In this document: positions 36,533-49,729 of the stretch, in pieces
Layout: each line of letters starts with the position of its first letter
Position numbering within the stretch: position 1 is the first letter of the stretch
Assembly: GCA_024137785.1 (NCBI GenBank)
Contig: JAHRHZ010000091.1
Location: 9,558,586-9,622,585, forward strand
Direction of reading: 5' to 3'
DNA length: 64,000 nucleotides
From: Ginglymostoma cirratum
Lineage: Eukaryota
Position numbers and translations under genes: made by a program
Notes under the pieces: model-generated
What the model was told of the DNA's origin: nothing
Seen by the model: the letters and a program-made list of their open reading frames with translations, nothing else
Database searches by the model: none

Positions 36533-37502
36533 AACAAAAAGAACAAAGGAAATTACAGCACAGGAACAGGCCCTTCGGCCCTCCAAGCCTGCACCGATCC
36601 AGATCCTCTATCTAAACCTGCCACCTATTTTCCAAGGATCTGTATCCCTCTGCTCCCTGCCCATTCATGTATCGGCCTAGATACATCTTAAATGACGCTA
36701 TCGTACCCGCCTCTACCACCTCCGCTGGCAATGCGTTCCAGGCACCCACCACTCTCTGCGTAAAGAACTTTCCACGCATCTCTCCCTTAAACTTTTCCCC
36801 TCTCACCTTGAAATTGTGACCCCTAGTAATTGACTCCCCCACTCTAGGAAAAAGCTTCTTGCTATCCTCCCTGTCTATACCTCTCAGGATTTTGTAGACC
36901 TCAATCAGGTCCCCCCTCAACCTCCATCTTTCTAATGTAAATAATCCTAATCTACTCAACCTCTCTTCATAGCTAGCGCCCTCCATACCAGGCAACATCC
37001 TGGTGAACCTCCTCTGCACCCTCTCCAAAGCATCCACATCCTTTTAGTAATGTGGCAACCAGAACTGTACGCAGTATTCCAAATGTGGTCGAACCAAAGT
37101 CCTATACAACTGTAACATGATCTGCCAACTCTTGTACTCAATACCTCGTCCAATGAATGAAAGCATGCCGTATGCCTTCTTGACCACTCTATCGATATGC
37201 GTTGCCACCCTCAGGGTACAATGGACCTGAACACCCAGATCTCTCTGTGCATCAATTTTCCCCAAGGCTTTTCCATTTACCATATAGTTGACTCTTGAAT
37301 TGGATCTTCCAAAATGCATCACCTCGCATTTGCCTGGATTGAACTCCATCTGCCATTTCTCCCCCCAACTCTCCAATCTATCTATATTCTGCTGCATTCT
37401 CCGACAGCACCCTTCACTATCTGCTACTCCACTAATCTTAGTGTCATCTGCAAACTTGCTAATCAGACCATCTATACTTCCTCCAGATCATTTATGTATA
37501 TC
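36533..37502 (-). mobile_element. Young 5'-truncated CR1 LINE (RT C-terminal half plus 3' tail)
   Basis: IYINDL..ISKFADDTK catalytic motif. ORFs 37044..37397 and 36612..37037 are in the same frame, separated by one TAA (KWQMEFNPGKC, LVRPHLEYCVQFW, FTQRVVGAWNALP). (TTGTTCT)n tail. Confidence 0.95.
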
Positions 37503-37984
37503 ACCTCTATGCAGCAACAGTTTTTTTGATTCAGTGATGTGTGCCCTGAAGCTTCATTCTCTCTCCCGTGTTCTCCTTTTGTTTCTAAGTGTTATCTATG
37601 TGTTTTCTCTTTGCAGCCTGCAAAGTATTCAATCCTTCAACATTTTCATGTGCAGCTAAAACTGAAGAAATTTAAAGCACGTGCCATGAAAGAGGCCATG
37701 GGTGCAACTTCTCCCACATTCACACAAGGAAAAGCAGGGAAATGTTAGGAACAGGTGAGGTCCTGATCCAGACAAAGCCAAGTGAGTGAGAGATCACAGT
37801 CTAACAAGAGCCTTGCATTAACAACAACTTGCATTTGCACACAAGCTTAAGTGCAGGAAAATGTCCCAAAGCACTTCGCAATTGTGGCATGGCACAAACA
37901 GAAATTCTTTAATGCAGCCACAGGCAAGTGCAATGCCAGATTTCAAATTATAATCTTCTCCCTGCTCTGTCTGTCTGTTGTGGC

Positions 37985-38390
37985 TCTGTGAAAAACATGC
38001 CTGTCTTTGATTTTCCAGAGTTGTGGGCTTAAGACCCTCTCCAGAGATTTGAAAACATAATCCAGGCTAAGCCTCCAGAAATGGGATGTACAATTGGAGG
38101 TGATGTCTTTTGGATGAGATCCTAAACTGAGGCCCCTGGCTGGCCTTTCTAGTGGAACCAAAAGACCCCGTTGCACTATTTTTAAAAACAAAACAATACC
38201 TCGGCCAATATTCATCTCGCAACCAACATCACAATCAAAAATTATCCACTCATGACCGCATTCCAGTTTGTGGGACCTTGCTATGTACAAATTGGCCTCT
38301 GCGCTTCCTAAATTGCAACATGAATATGCTTCGAAAGGATGAATTGTCCTTTGGGACATGCTGAGATCATGAAATTAACTGTAAAATTGC
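37985..38390 (+). mobile_element. Deu-domain SINE
   Basis: GGATGAGATCCTAAACTGAGGCCCC..GTTTGTGGGACCTTGCTATGTACAAATTGGC. Confidence 0.75.
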
Positions 38391-38924
38391 AGAGCTGTCC
38401 AGCTAACTTTCAATCTTTCATTCTCAAACTCACCATAACCTATCTCTGTGTGTTCCCCAGTCTTCATGTATACCCATCTTCCACTGATACTCAGATGCTA
38501 ACATTGGGACAATGTCTCTAAGTCGAACTAATGTGAAATAAGGGACAAATAAACAGAATAACTCTTCAGCCTTGCCAATGGTGTTTAGCGCAACTGGAGT
38601 AACTCTGTTCAATCCACCTGAGGCCGGATTACAACACAAGGTCCCAGCATAACCAACAATGGGAGAAAGTTTCTGATACATAAATAGCTCCTTCACCCTC
38701 GAACTCAATATACACGTTCACACCTTGTATTCTTACATGAACTGCAAGAAAATGTAACAAAGTCAAATTGCATCTGAAAGAGAATAACTTTGCATCTTTA
38801 TGGGGCAAGGTGAAGAGAGTGGGACCAGCTGAGTTGTTCTTGCAGAGGGACAGAATGGACACAAGAGGCCAAATAACTGTCTCTGGTTTTGCAGCTGTTC
38901 TACGCTTCGAGGAAACCACATGCT

Positions 38925-39600
38925 AACAACAACAACTTGCACTTATATTGTACCTTTAACGTAAAAAGACTCCGAAATGTATCACTGGAACTAGATGGAA
39001 ATTGACACCAGGGGAAAGGAGGAGTTGTTAGGATAAGTGACCATAGGATTGATTGAAGAATTTTGTCATAAGGAGTGTATATAGAGGGGAAAGGCAGAGA
39101 CATTAAGAAAATAATTCCACAGGTCAAGACCTGGGTTGTAAAAATAAGGGAGGTGTAAAATGGCAGAATTGGAGGAAAACAGAGTTTTCAGACAACTGAC
39201 AGATGCTACAAAAAAATTACAGAATCCCTACAGTGTGGAATCAGGCCATCTCGCCCAACAAGTCCACACTGCCTCTCTGAAGAACATCCCAACCAGACCC
39301 ACTCCCCTACCCTATCCCTGCATTTCCCATGGCTAATCCACCCAGCCTGCACAATGGGCAATTTAGCACTGCCAATCCACCTAACCTGCACACCTTTGGA
39401 CTGTGGGAGGAAACCCACACAGACACAGGGAGAATGTGCAAACTCCACACAGACAGGTGCCCAAGGGCTGGAGACAAACCCAGGTTCCTGGCACTGTGAG
39501 GCAGCAGTGCTAACCACTGAGCCACCGTGCTACCCCAAAATGGGTGAGGCAAGACAATGCAGGAGTTTGAACACAAGGATCAGAATTTTTAAATTGATTT
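38925..39600 (-). mobile_element. L2 LINE 3' fragment interrupted by an HE1 SINE
   Basis: AACAACAACTTGCACTTATATTGTACCTTTAACGTA tail; resumes GGAGTTTGAACACAAGGATCAGAATTTT after 39540. Confidence 0.6.
39219..39536 (-). mobile_element. HE1-type V-SINE
   Basis: Complete head, V-domain and tail. Confidence 0.92.
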
Positions 39601-40219
39601 AGTGGCTTCAAATCAATTAGACAAGACCCATGTGAGGCTCCTGCAGAACCAGAGCTGCAGCCTTTGCAAATCTGGGCCAATGGTTATGGTCACATGAGGT
39701 TTCGTCATACAGTTCTCTCAGAACATTTTGGAACGGTCTGCCTAGCCTTATCTTATTGTTGCACTTTGAGCAGCGAAAAAAAAAACAGAATCATCATAAA
39801 CAAAATGTCAAATTCAGAAAAACATTTGCCTGTATTTTAAATGTGGAATTCAGCGTCTAAACCCCAACACCTGCTGCTATAATTACACAAGACAAATCTT
39901 GCAAACTGCGCTACAAAGCATGCATATAATTTCACCCACTGGTCTAGCTGGGGAAATCTGATGCTTTGTCTTCAAACCAGGCACAATTCTACAACCAGGC
40001 TGAATATCATTTGAAGGTTTAATACCTGCCATTTGTAGCTTATTAACTCGTTCACTACTGGATACCACTGTGATGTTACTTCCCGTTGCTCGCCTACCAG
40101 ATTTAAGATGCCATCTAGTGCCCACTGTGACTGATCCAGGGAATGTCCCTGAATGGCCTCTTTAGCCATGAACGAGTCAGGCACTTGGGGTTCAAACTTT
40201 TGCTTCAAGAACAGGAGGG

Positions 40220-40712
40220 TGGCTTGGGCTTGCTGCAGTGCTCCAGTGAAGCTCACCGAAAGCTGGAAGAACACCATCTCATTTTCCACTTGGGGACCCT
40301 GCAGCCTGTTCAGTAATTTTCGGGTCTGGACACCTTCTTCTTTGTCGTTTACTAAGCCCCATACCACTGGTCCTGTCATCACATGGGCTGCTTTCATCAC
40401 AATCAACCCATTTTCCCCTACTCATGGTCCCTTTTAACACACTTTCTTGATCACCATTATCCATCCCTTTATCTGTTCAACTGCTGTTTTCTCTCTCTGG
40501 GCCCCACTTTCAACTATTGCTTACTGATTCACCACCACCATCCCTACCCTCCAACCTTTATCTCATTTACCAACTTTTCCTAGCTACAACCAGTTCTGAA
40601 GAATGGTCATTGATTCTGTTTTCTCTCCACAAACACTGCCAGACCTGCTGAGTTTCTCCAGAATCTCTGTTTTGGATTCTGATTTCTACCATCTGCAGTT
40701 CTTTGACTTTTG
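40220..40712 (+). mobile_element. Penelope-like element 3' remnant (endonuclease C-terminus plus terminal repeat)
   Basis: 40224-40307 translates LGLLQCSSEAHRKLEEHHLIFHLGTLQP, resembling a PLE GIY-YIG C-terminus. It is followed by CAGTTCTGAAGAATGGTCA..CTGCCAGACCTGCTGAGTTTCTCCAG. Confidence 0.75.
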
Positions 40713-41204
40713 TGAGAGGGGAGTGTAACTTGTCTCTTTCTGTGCACTATATTTAACAATTTCCAGAGCATAGAGAATAATCACTTATTGGTTATTTGGT
40801 TCCAGTTAAATGGAGATAATTGCACCACTTCCATTGTTTCTTCTACATCCTTCATTCTTCCCTTCAACCTTCCCAGTAAGCTTTTGCGACATTCATAACA
40901 TGGCTAACAAGTTTACTATATTCAAAACAATATACAAATGCAGGGTTGTTGAATTTCAGGAGACCAGTTGCTGTATAGCTGCTGGCTGCCTCAGCAAGAT
41001 CAGCCATATTTCGATTCTGAATTATACACACGGAGAGATTTTCCACACATTCACAGAGGATAAGTTGTAAACCAAGGCAAAAGATTCACATTCTACCTTC
41101 TGCATATGAAATATTGCGCATGATCAGCTGGTGCTTTTTTACATCCAAACTCATAGCGTGGGAAGTTTAAACCCATCCCCCAAGGCTTGACCCTTGTCAT
41201 CCTT

Positions 41205-41625
41205 AGTGGCCAACCTTGTCTCAGTGCAGCACAAAAGTTATGAGATCAAACCCCACTCCACTGATGTGGGCACATAGCATAGGCTGACAGTCCTCATTGC
41301 TGAGGGCATGTAGCACTGTTGTCTTTTGTATCAACCATTAAACCACAGCTACCCCAGTTCTCTCAGTTGGACGTGTAAGATGCCAGGGTACTACTTTGCA
41401 GAAGAGCAGGGGAGTTTTTCTTGGAGTACTGGTGCACATTTAGCCCTCAACTAATATCAAAAAGAAATAAATTATCAGGTCATTATCACATTGCTGTTTA
41501 TAGGAGCTTGTTAAGTGCAAATTTGCAGCTATTTTTCTTACATTACAACAATGATACTTGTTAGCTCACGTAAACGTACTGTGGGGCGTAGTGGAAGGCA
41601 ATACATAAGCAAGATCTTTATTTCT
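41205..41625 (+). mobile_element. Deu-domain SINE
   Basis: GAAGAGCAGGGGAGTT..GGTCATTATCACATTGCTGTTT..TACATTACAACA. Confidence 0.8.
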
Positions 41626-42339
41626 TCTCCCTTGCTAGTGACTGTTAAGCCCTCCCTGTTTATTCCAATGTTCAATTCAGATCTAGCCCTCAAGTCAGCA
41701 ACTGAACAGAGTAAGATTCAATCCCGCATCAATTCTCACTCCTATGTCATGTAGCATTATTTGCAGCACTCGGTGACATCCAACACAGAATCCCTTAACT
41801 TGCTTACATGGCTCTTGCAATTTGGACTCCCTGATCTGTTAATGAAGTTCAATAAGCTCATCAAGGTCAAGCTTTGTTAAATGAACTGAAGACATTGTGC
41901 AATGGAGTTAACTAAATAATCAGAAGAGGTACTTTAAGGGAATTACTTCATTTCATTTCTGTTTTCACGGACGAATCTGTGAACCTGCCGGGGTAACATC
42001 ATCAAGACAAAACACACGGCCAATAAACATCTCAAACATAAATTCTCTTTCAGATATACTGTGACTGCTTTTCAATTCCTTTTCGGACGGAAAATTGCTC
42101 ATTTGCCATTGTTTTATTTTGGGAATAGTTTGGAAAGATACAATACAAACTTTTGCTGATTTTGGAGCAATTGAGATTTTAAAATTAATTTTCTCAGCAG
42201 TTTTTCTTTCAGTATTTCTAAGGTAAACAATACTGGTGCCAAATATGGAGTTGCCAACACTCCAAGACTATCCTGGTGACTCCAGGAATTGATGGGCAAT
42301 TGCCTGGGCTCTGCTATGAACAATTCAGGCAAAAAAATC

Positions 42340-42715
42340 ATTGACTATTCATTCTCAGGACATGGGTATTATTGACATGGCCCCCATTCATTGCTCATCA
42401 CCAACCACTCTGAAAAGATAGTGGTGGAAATTAATGGCTTCACTAGCCAATTAAATGGTGTTTGGAGTCACATATCGGCCAGACATCAGGGTCCATTCCC
42501 TAAAGTGAACCAGTTGGTTTTTCAAAATGACGATCCCAACAATTTCAAGGTGACTTTTACTGACACTAGGTATTTATTTCCAGCTTTAATTGTTTTCGAA
42601 CAAACTTGTATTAAAATTAAAAATCTCAAGCCATGGGTGCTGGGATTTTTCACGTTTGACCAGTAAAGGATTTCTGGATATAACTCTGAAAAGGCAGCAA
42701 CCACACTACCCTGTC
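42340..42715 (-). mobile_element. SINE family B
   Basis: TGGAGTCACATATCGGCCAGAC..GTGAACCAGTTGGTTTTT. Confidence 0.65.
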
Positions 42716-44167
42716 CCTCACTCAATAAGATAGAAATATAAAATTCATCTGTGAAGCCAGCTCTTTGACAAATCTTTTAGTCAGCTTTTTCAGTACATTC
42801 TCTACACCCAACTCCTTCTCCTCCCTCCTGCTGTGCCTCATCAAAGCACATCAGAAATAGTTTTCCTATTAAAAGTGTGAAATAAATGAAAATTGTACTT
42901 TTGCACAGCAGCTTTAAATCTATGATAAAAAGTAATCTCATCTTTCTGAGTGAAACACCTATTTGAAATCTAGCTAAACGCATAATCCCTCGGAAAGATC
43001 CAACATGAATTGTAGAGGCTTTTCAAGTTGTTTTATTGTAATTCCAGACAGTGTAATTTGAAAGTTCTGTACAGCACCAAAACGGGATCAATACAGACAA
43101 TGGGCAACATCCTTGTTCATTCAAGCTGTCTACATAACTGTTATCAAACGTCTTTCTTTCTCATAGTCGAGGTCGTCAAACAATAGTTGGAGACTTAAAG
43201 CAGGTTTACTTGCCTTGTATTTGCGCAATGACAAACTATTCTCTTATCTAGTTGAACTGGGTGTAAGAGAGAAAAATAGCTGAAACCTTGCAGCTCCCAG
43301 TGCAGAAAACAGAGAATGAAGATTTTTAGATCAGTCTCTCTATCAGAGACAACAGCTTTAATTAAAAGAGGACTAGACAGCCAAAATTACAATAAAAAGA
43401 CTTCCTGAAATGACGAGAATTCAGGTTAATTCGGAAAGGGGTCAAGAGCGAAAGGATTAAGGGTGGAAGCATTAAGATAGAAAATGTTGCTCCCCTACCT
43501 TGCCATTGAAGTTTATCCCCAACTCAATTGAGAAACTTGTTTAAAAAAAGAACCCCTTGAATCTGACATATTACATTGCATGATGCTATAGGTTGAAGGC
43601 TACTTCTTTCAGATTTTAGCCAGAGTCCTAGAGTACTACAGAAACAGTATACAGGCAGCTTTTTGCCGGTTTAATTAGCATGGAATACGGGCCCCTTTCA
43701 TGTGTAATTCAGAACATGAACACCTGGTGTGTGGGACTTCAAAGCACAGGAATAAACATGGAACAATACAACATAAAGGCCGAGGACAACAGAATGAGAT
43801 AAGACAAAATGTTTACGTCTGACCTCCAAATCCGCTACAAATAAATCTATCGCTTAGATCACCTAATTGGTTGGGGCGGGGGTTGGGGGACGATGCAAAC
43901 ATTGTTTGGCTTCTCAAACAGGACTTTTTGTTTAGCCTTGATTTGGGTTTTTTTTGAAACTCACATTTAAAGGAGGAGGGGATATATATATATAAAATAT
44001 ACAAGGTGAAGTGTTACTTTCTCTGTAGTGACAGGAGTTCGCAGCCTTTTTCAAATGCTCACTGCTAATTTGCAGTGGGGAACGTGTCACATATTATAAA
44101 CCCTCCAATACACAAACATCTCCATTCGCCCCCCCCCAACAAACCCCTTTCACAGAAACCAACACCA

Positions 44168-44307
44168 NNNNNNNNNNNNNNNNNNNNNNNNNNNNNNNNN
44201 NNNNNNNNNNNNNNNNNNNNNNNNNNNNNNNNNNNNNNNNNNNNNNNNNNNNNNNNNNNNNNNNNNNNNNNNNNNNNNNNNNNNNNNNNNNNNNNNNNNN
44301 NNNNNNN
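44168..44307. other. Assembly gap (140 N)
   Basis: Run of N. Confidence 1.
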
Positions 44308-45599
44308 GAGTACAGAATTTAATTTTGAATTCTTTCCGCACATTAAATTAAATCCATAAATAAGAGTTTAGGCATTCAGTTGGAAGCATATGTTCGTTAG
44401 GAGAGCGACATCAGACACACGCTGTAATGGCTGTTGTAATGTTTTAATAGCTCCGTTCTTCTAAGCACCAATAAATTTACATGATCATAACAATCCAAGG
44501 CATAAGGGAAGCCCATTACTGTCTGTGCAAAAGCAACAATGTTAACAGGGGGAGAAAAAGGGAAAATGCTTTTAAATAAAATTAGACAAGTGTATGCATC
44601 TCAGCTACTGCTGCTCAGCTGAATCAATGCAAATTCTTAATAGATGCTATCATTTGATCAAAACCCAGACACATTTCTTTCAAAAGGGTTGTCTGTTGTA
44701 TTAAACGTGGGGCTCAATGATCTAAACCCGTGCGGTGAAAGAGAACTAGGACTATATATCACTGCAGTCAATCAGTAGTCTCTGCCTTTTAGAAAAAAGT
44801 TGCCAAGATTTTCTTTTTAGATCTCTTGCCTTTTTTTCGCTACCTGGACAGACTTGGTTTATATATTTTCATTTGAAGGGGTGTCAGAAAAGGCTGATCC
44901 CCAACTACACGCCGTTTCCAGTCAAAAAAAATGATAAAAAGGGGCATCTTATAACTAATTCTTCCCAATTCTTTGCCTTTTTTTTGCACTGTGCCGCGAA
45001 CCATTTCTGGTGCAAGATGCCCTATGCATATTTGTTGGTTACCTTCACTTTATCAGTTAATTAAAGTTATGCCTATATTGTGGGGTGTCTAACATACTTG
45101 AGGTATTCAATGAGTTAAAGCGTGTTATGTATTAATGTATGTGTGTGTGTGTGTGTATAAAGTGTTCCCGTCCCTGCCTCACACAGCGTGAGGTGAAACC
45201 TGACAAGGCAGTGACTGTTCTTACCAGATGTCCAAAGCATCAGTGGGACTGTGCAGCTCCTTGCAACAGCGGGTTATCATTTTCAACCTTTGTTGCCGCG
45301 GCTGTAGTTTCTCCTTGTGTTAGCAAGTTAACCACAGAAATAAGCAGACACGCATTAAAAATAATGCACTGCAAGTTCTCCTTCCTTGTCTAACTGTCAA
45401 TTTTTTTTGAAAAAAGTAACGTGCCCTCTCGTAGGACATCAAGTATGTTATGTTTTGCTGTGACCAGGCGTTAGTCCCAGTGATAATACACTACAGCATC
45501 AACTAGTAAAAGCATCAGTGTGAGGTCAGAAATACACATCACGGTGGAAGTCACATTTAAACAGTGTGTTCTGTGCACACTGTTGTCGCAGCTAAGTTT

Positions 45600-46010
45600 A
45601 CCTGGCGGGGATGAAAAGGCTAGAGGTTTGCAAGAATGGTGCTAGGAATGAGAGTTTACATTTATGCAGCGAGACAACACAAACTGAGATTGTTCTCTTT
45701 AGAGCTCCAAAGATTAACAAGAGATTCAATATATAAAAGAAAGGGCTTTTGAGAGATTAGGGATGGAAAATTGTTTTCAGTGGAGTGATCGAGGGGGTAA
45801 AAATCCAAAGGAGCCAGATTTAAAACGACTGAAGAGAAGAGGAGAGTAAAGGTATATCTTTTCAAAACTCACCAAGGTTGTTCGGCCAGGAACAGGAGTA
45901 GGCCATTCAGCCTGCCTCACCATTCTAGACCATGGCATGTGCTGCCTGAAAAGATGGCGGAAACAGAATCATCTGTAGCTTCCAAAAATGAATAGTGTGT
46001 CTACTTTAAA
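45600..46010 (+). mobile_element. Old CR1 LINE fragments
   Basis: AGAGGTTTGCAAGAATGGTGCTAGGAATGAG..TTGTTCTCTTTAGAGC. Confidence 0.55.
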
Positions 46011-46971
46011 GGGTGAGGAGGGGATTAGGGATCAGCAGAGAAGATTGGGGAGGGGTGAGGTGAAAGGACTTTCAGACAATTGGCTCAATCATGACAGGCC
46101 AGACTTCTGACATTGCTCTCTGACACTGTTTTTCAGGTGAAGTGGAGCACTTTGGGTAGACGTGGTGTCCCATGTAATCATGTACAACAGGGTCAGTGGG
46201 TGCTGCTGGGGTTAAATTGCATCCAATCAGATTTTGGGATAAGTGGAGTGACTGCATCCACTCTAGGTGTGAACCCACATCGATGCTTATTGAGTACGTC
46301 TCTTTCAATACTGTCCAGTTTAAACGATTCACACTATTCTGTTCTCTTAAAAAAAACTGAACAGGCAGCAAGACATTCATTACCACACCATCAACTAGCC
46401 AACTGGACAATTATTACATGGATCTGGAGCATGGTCCTTGCCTCATCCTCAGGCACTTTAGGCATGAGATCATGGGTGTGGGGGGTGTGCAATTGAGAGG
46501 CACTAGTTTAACTGGGAAGTGTTATAGAGGTTGACTACATAAGTGTCAATATCTTAAGGAATGGAAAGACATATGGGGGTGCGGGTGGTTGGGGTGGTGG
46601 GGGATGGTGCCTACTCTGAGAGGGTGTAACTATCAGGGAACACTTATCAGGCTGAGGTCTTCCCTTCTTTCTAAAAAGGAGCAGATTTTAGGAGAAAGAG
46701 GAGGGGGAGTTCTTCAAAATTATTAAATAGTTTGGTGGCGTAGAAGATATTTTCACATTGGGAAGATGAAAACTAGTAATCATAAATATAGAATAATTAC
46801 TAACAAATCCATTTGGTGGGGTTCAGGAGAAACATTTTACCCAGATGTGGTTAGGATGTGGGAGTCACTACCACATTGGCTTCATTGAAGCAAATGGCAG
46901 AGCTGTAACTCAGGGGAAGCTGGATAAGCATGTCCAAGATAAAAACCGAAAGAATGCCAATGTGGTAAATC

Positions 46972-47070
46972 AAGAACACAAACAGAAGTTGCTGGAAAGG
47001 CTCAGCAGGTCTGGCAGCATCTGTGAAAAAAAATCAGAGTTAATATTTCGGGTCTAGTGACCTTTCCTCG
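46972..47070 (-). mobile_element. Penelope-derived terminal-repeat element inserted in a CR1 tail
   Basis: Minus strand GAGGAAAGGTCACTAGACCCGAAATATTAACTCTG..GATGCTGCCAGACCTGCTGAG; possible TSD TGTGGTAAATC / TGTAGCACATC. Confidence 0.75.
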
Positions 47071-47114
47071 TGTAGCACATCCGAGAGACAGGGACGGAGC
47101 AATATGCTGATAGT

Positions 47115-47302
47115 TTTTCAATTATTTCATGGGAAATGGGTGCCCCCCAGCAAGCTGTAGACTGGTAAGGTCGATGTTTGCTGCCCATCTCCAACTGCAC
47201 TTATTCAGCCACTTCTTAGGACAATGAAGAGTCAACTAAGTTGCTGTGGGTCCAGATAGCATTTAGGCCACACCAGGTAAGGACAGTAGATTTCCTCTCC
47301 TG
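47115..47302 (-). mobile_element. SINE family B 3' half
   Basis: GAGTCAACTAAGTTGCTGTGGGTCCAGA..CCAGGTAAGGACAGTAGATTTCC. Confidence 0.65.
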
Positions 47303-49253
47303 AGCGGTTAGATAGAAAGTGTCAGATAGGAATAAACACTGGCAATGGCCAATTAGAACCTGATTCTGCTCTATTAATTCTGTGTTCATTCTATAAACGA
47401 GGTAGAAAGGAATTCATTGGGAGTTGGAGTCTCAGCTGGAAGCAAGGGCACCATCCCACTCTGTGCTAGGGGGTGCTCTGGGTTTAATTACCTATGATAA
47501 GGATGACTCCAATAGCAATAACACAAGGTTAAGCAAAGCAGCATTGAGTCAAATTCATAGAAATGAGACATTGAAAGAAAAGCTAATGGGCTAGTTGAGG
47601 ATGTCAGAATAATAGCACTAGAAACATCAATACAAAATTATTTCAGTTAAATACTCAGTGAGTGACTGGTCGTATTGTTTAGAGTTTTTATAGCAGACTG
47701 GATGGAAATATTAATAAGAAATTGGCATCATTTGCACATTTAACTACAAGGATAAAAACGTTTGAATCAGGAACTGAATACGGCACATAAGGAGGCCATT
47801 CACCCATCAAGTTCATACTGGCAGTCTGAAAGAGCAATTCACCTAATGTCACACTCTTCATTCTTTTCCCTGTCCATTTTTCCTTTTCAAATAATGACCC
47901 AGTTCCATCTTGAATGCCTCAGTTGAACCTCTAGTATACTCTCAGACAGTCCTTTAGAGAGGCTAACACTTTTTGCTGTATGAGAAAGTTTATCATCATA
48001 TCGCCATTCTTCGTTAGCCAATTACCTTAAATTGGTGCTGTATAGTTTTTGAGCTTTCATTAATAGGAACAATTTCTCTCTACCTACCAAGCAGACCCTC
48101 ATGATCCTGAACATCCTGTGAAATCTCTCAATCTTCTCTTCATCAAGGATAACTCATCCAATCTCTTCAACCTATCTGCATAACTCATGGTTCCTCATCC
48201 TTTGAACCATTCTCATGATTATTTTCTACACCCTCTCTAATGCCTTAATTTATTTCCCAAAACATGGTACCCAGAACTAAACGTAATACTCTATTTGAGA
48301 GCAAAACACTGTTTTATACAGCTTCAAGTTCTTTGCAGTTGTATTCTATGGTTTCATCAATAAAGCACAAGATGCCATATGTTTTATTAACTGATCTTTC
48401 ATCCCGTCCTACCACCTTCAGTGATTTATACACACATACACTCAAGCCTGTCTGCTCTAAAACCCCATTTTGAATTACATCCTTTATGTTATCTTGTCTC
48501 TCTACATTTTCCTAATAAAATGAATCACTTCACACCTCTCTGCACTGAACGTTATCTGCCACTTGTCAGCACATTTTATGAACATTTCTGAAGTTCTACT
48601 TCTCATCCTCATCCTTCACAATCTTCCAAGTTTGCTATCATCTGCAAATTTTGAAATTTTGAAATACCATAAAAATTTATGAAGAAGACAAAAGGTCCCT
48701 ACACTGATCTCTGGGAGCTCGTCCATAAAATTTACTCCCATCTGTAAAACAACTCTTCACCACTACTCTGTGTTTCCAATCACTCAAGCAAATCCAGATC
48801 CACATTACTAATCTTTCTCATACTCTATGCGCTCTAACTTTTGTGTGGCACTTTCTCAAAAGCCTTTTGCAAGTTCGTGGTTCATAGACACCACATGAAT
48901 AACATAACGCTCTTATAATGTCAACAAATACTCAAGCAAGTTAGTTCAATATGAATGGCCATGCTGGCTTTCCTTAATGAGCTTGCATTTATCCAAATGA
49001 CTATTCATTTTGCCCTGAATTAAAAGCTTCCCCAGCACCAAGATTAAACCAATGGGCATACAATACTTGAGCTGATCTTTACACCATTTCTTGAACAATG
49101 CCTCTGGTTTCTGGCACAATGCCCGAGTCAGGGAAGACTGGAAAATTATGGCCAGTACCTCCACAACTTGCCACTATCCTCAGGATCCTTGGTTGCAACT
49201 TATCAGATCCTGGTGCCTTATCAAATTTAAGCACAGGCAACCTATCCACTACT

Positions 49254-49729
49254 AGCTTCAAAATCTCCCCACCCCCGACCTCATCCTAAGACCAGCCCCC
49301 TCTCATCCTTGCCTCCTTGACCTGTCCATCTTCCCTCCCACCAAACTGCCCCTCCCTCCTCACTGACCCACCCCCATCCCAACTTCATATCTACGCTCAC
49401 CTTTACTAGCTTCATCCCCACCTCCGTGACCTGTCCATCTTCCCTCCCACCTATCCGCCCCTCCCTCCTCACTGACCAACTCCCATTCCAACTTCCTACC
49501 TACACTCACCTTTACTAGCTTCGTCCCCGCCTCCTTGACCTGTCCGTCTTCTCTCCCACCTATCTGCTCCACTATCCACCTTCTATCACCGCTCCCCGCT
49601 TTCTATTTATTTCAGAGCCCCCTTCCCCTCCCCAATTTCTGAAGAAGGGTGCAGATCCAAAATGTCAGCTTTCCTGCTCCTTTGATGCTGCCTGGCCTGC
49701 TGTGTTCATCCAGCTCCACACCATGTTAT
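49254..49729 (+). mobile_element. Penelope-like 3' terminal region inserted into CR1
   Basis: AGCTTCAAAATCTCCCC..TTTCTGAAGAAGGGTGCAGATCCAAAATGTCAGCTTTCCTGCTCC (same family as 24519-24648); flanks CTATCCACTACT / CTACCCAATGCT. Confidence 0.75.
49312..49570 (+). repeat. Tandem repeat, 109-bp period, about 2.4 copies
   Basis: CCTCC(T/G)TGACCTGTCC starts at 49312, 49421 and 49530. Confidence 0.9.

Noticed and set aside
959-39602. Recurrent ORFs like VAQWLALLPHSARDLG / CLCGVCTFSPCLRGF as a gene family, or SINE heads as tRNA genes
   Set aside because: All are translations of HE1 SINE copies; the heads have A/B boxes but no complete cloverleaf.
40108-40124. CTCF-like motif (GCACTAGATGGCA on minus strand)
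   Set aside because: A single imperfect match next to a TE remnant; expected by chance in 64 kb.
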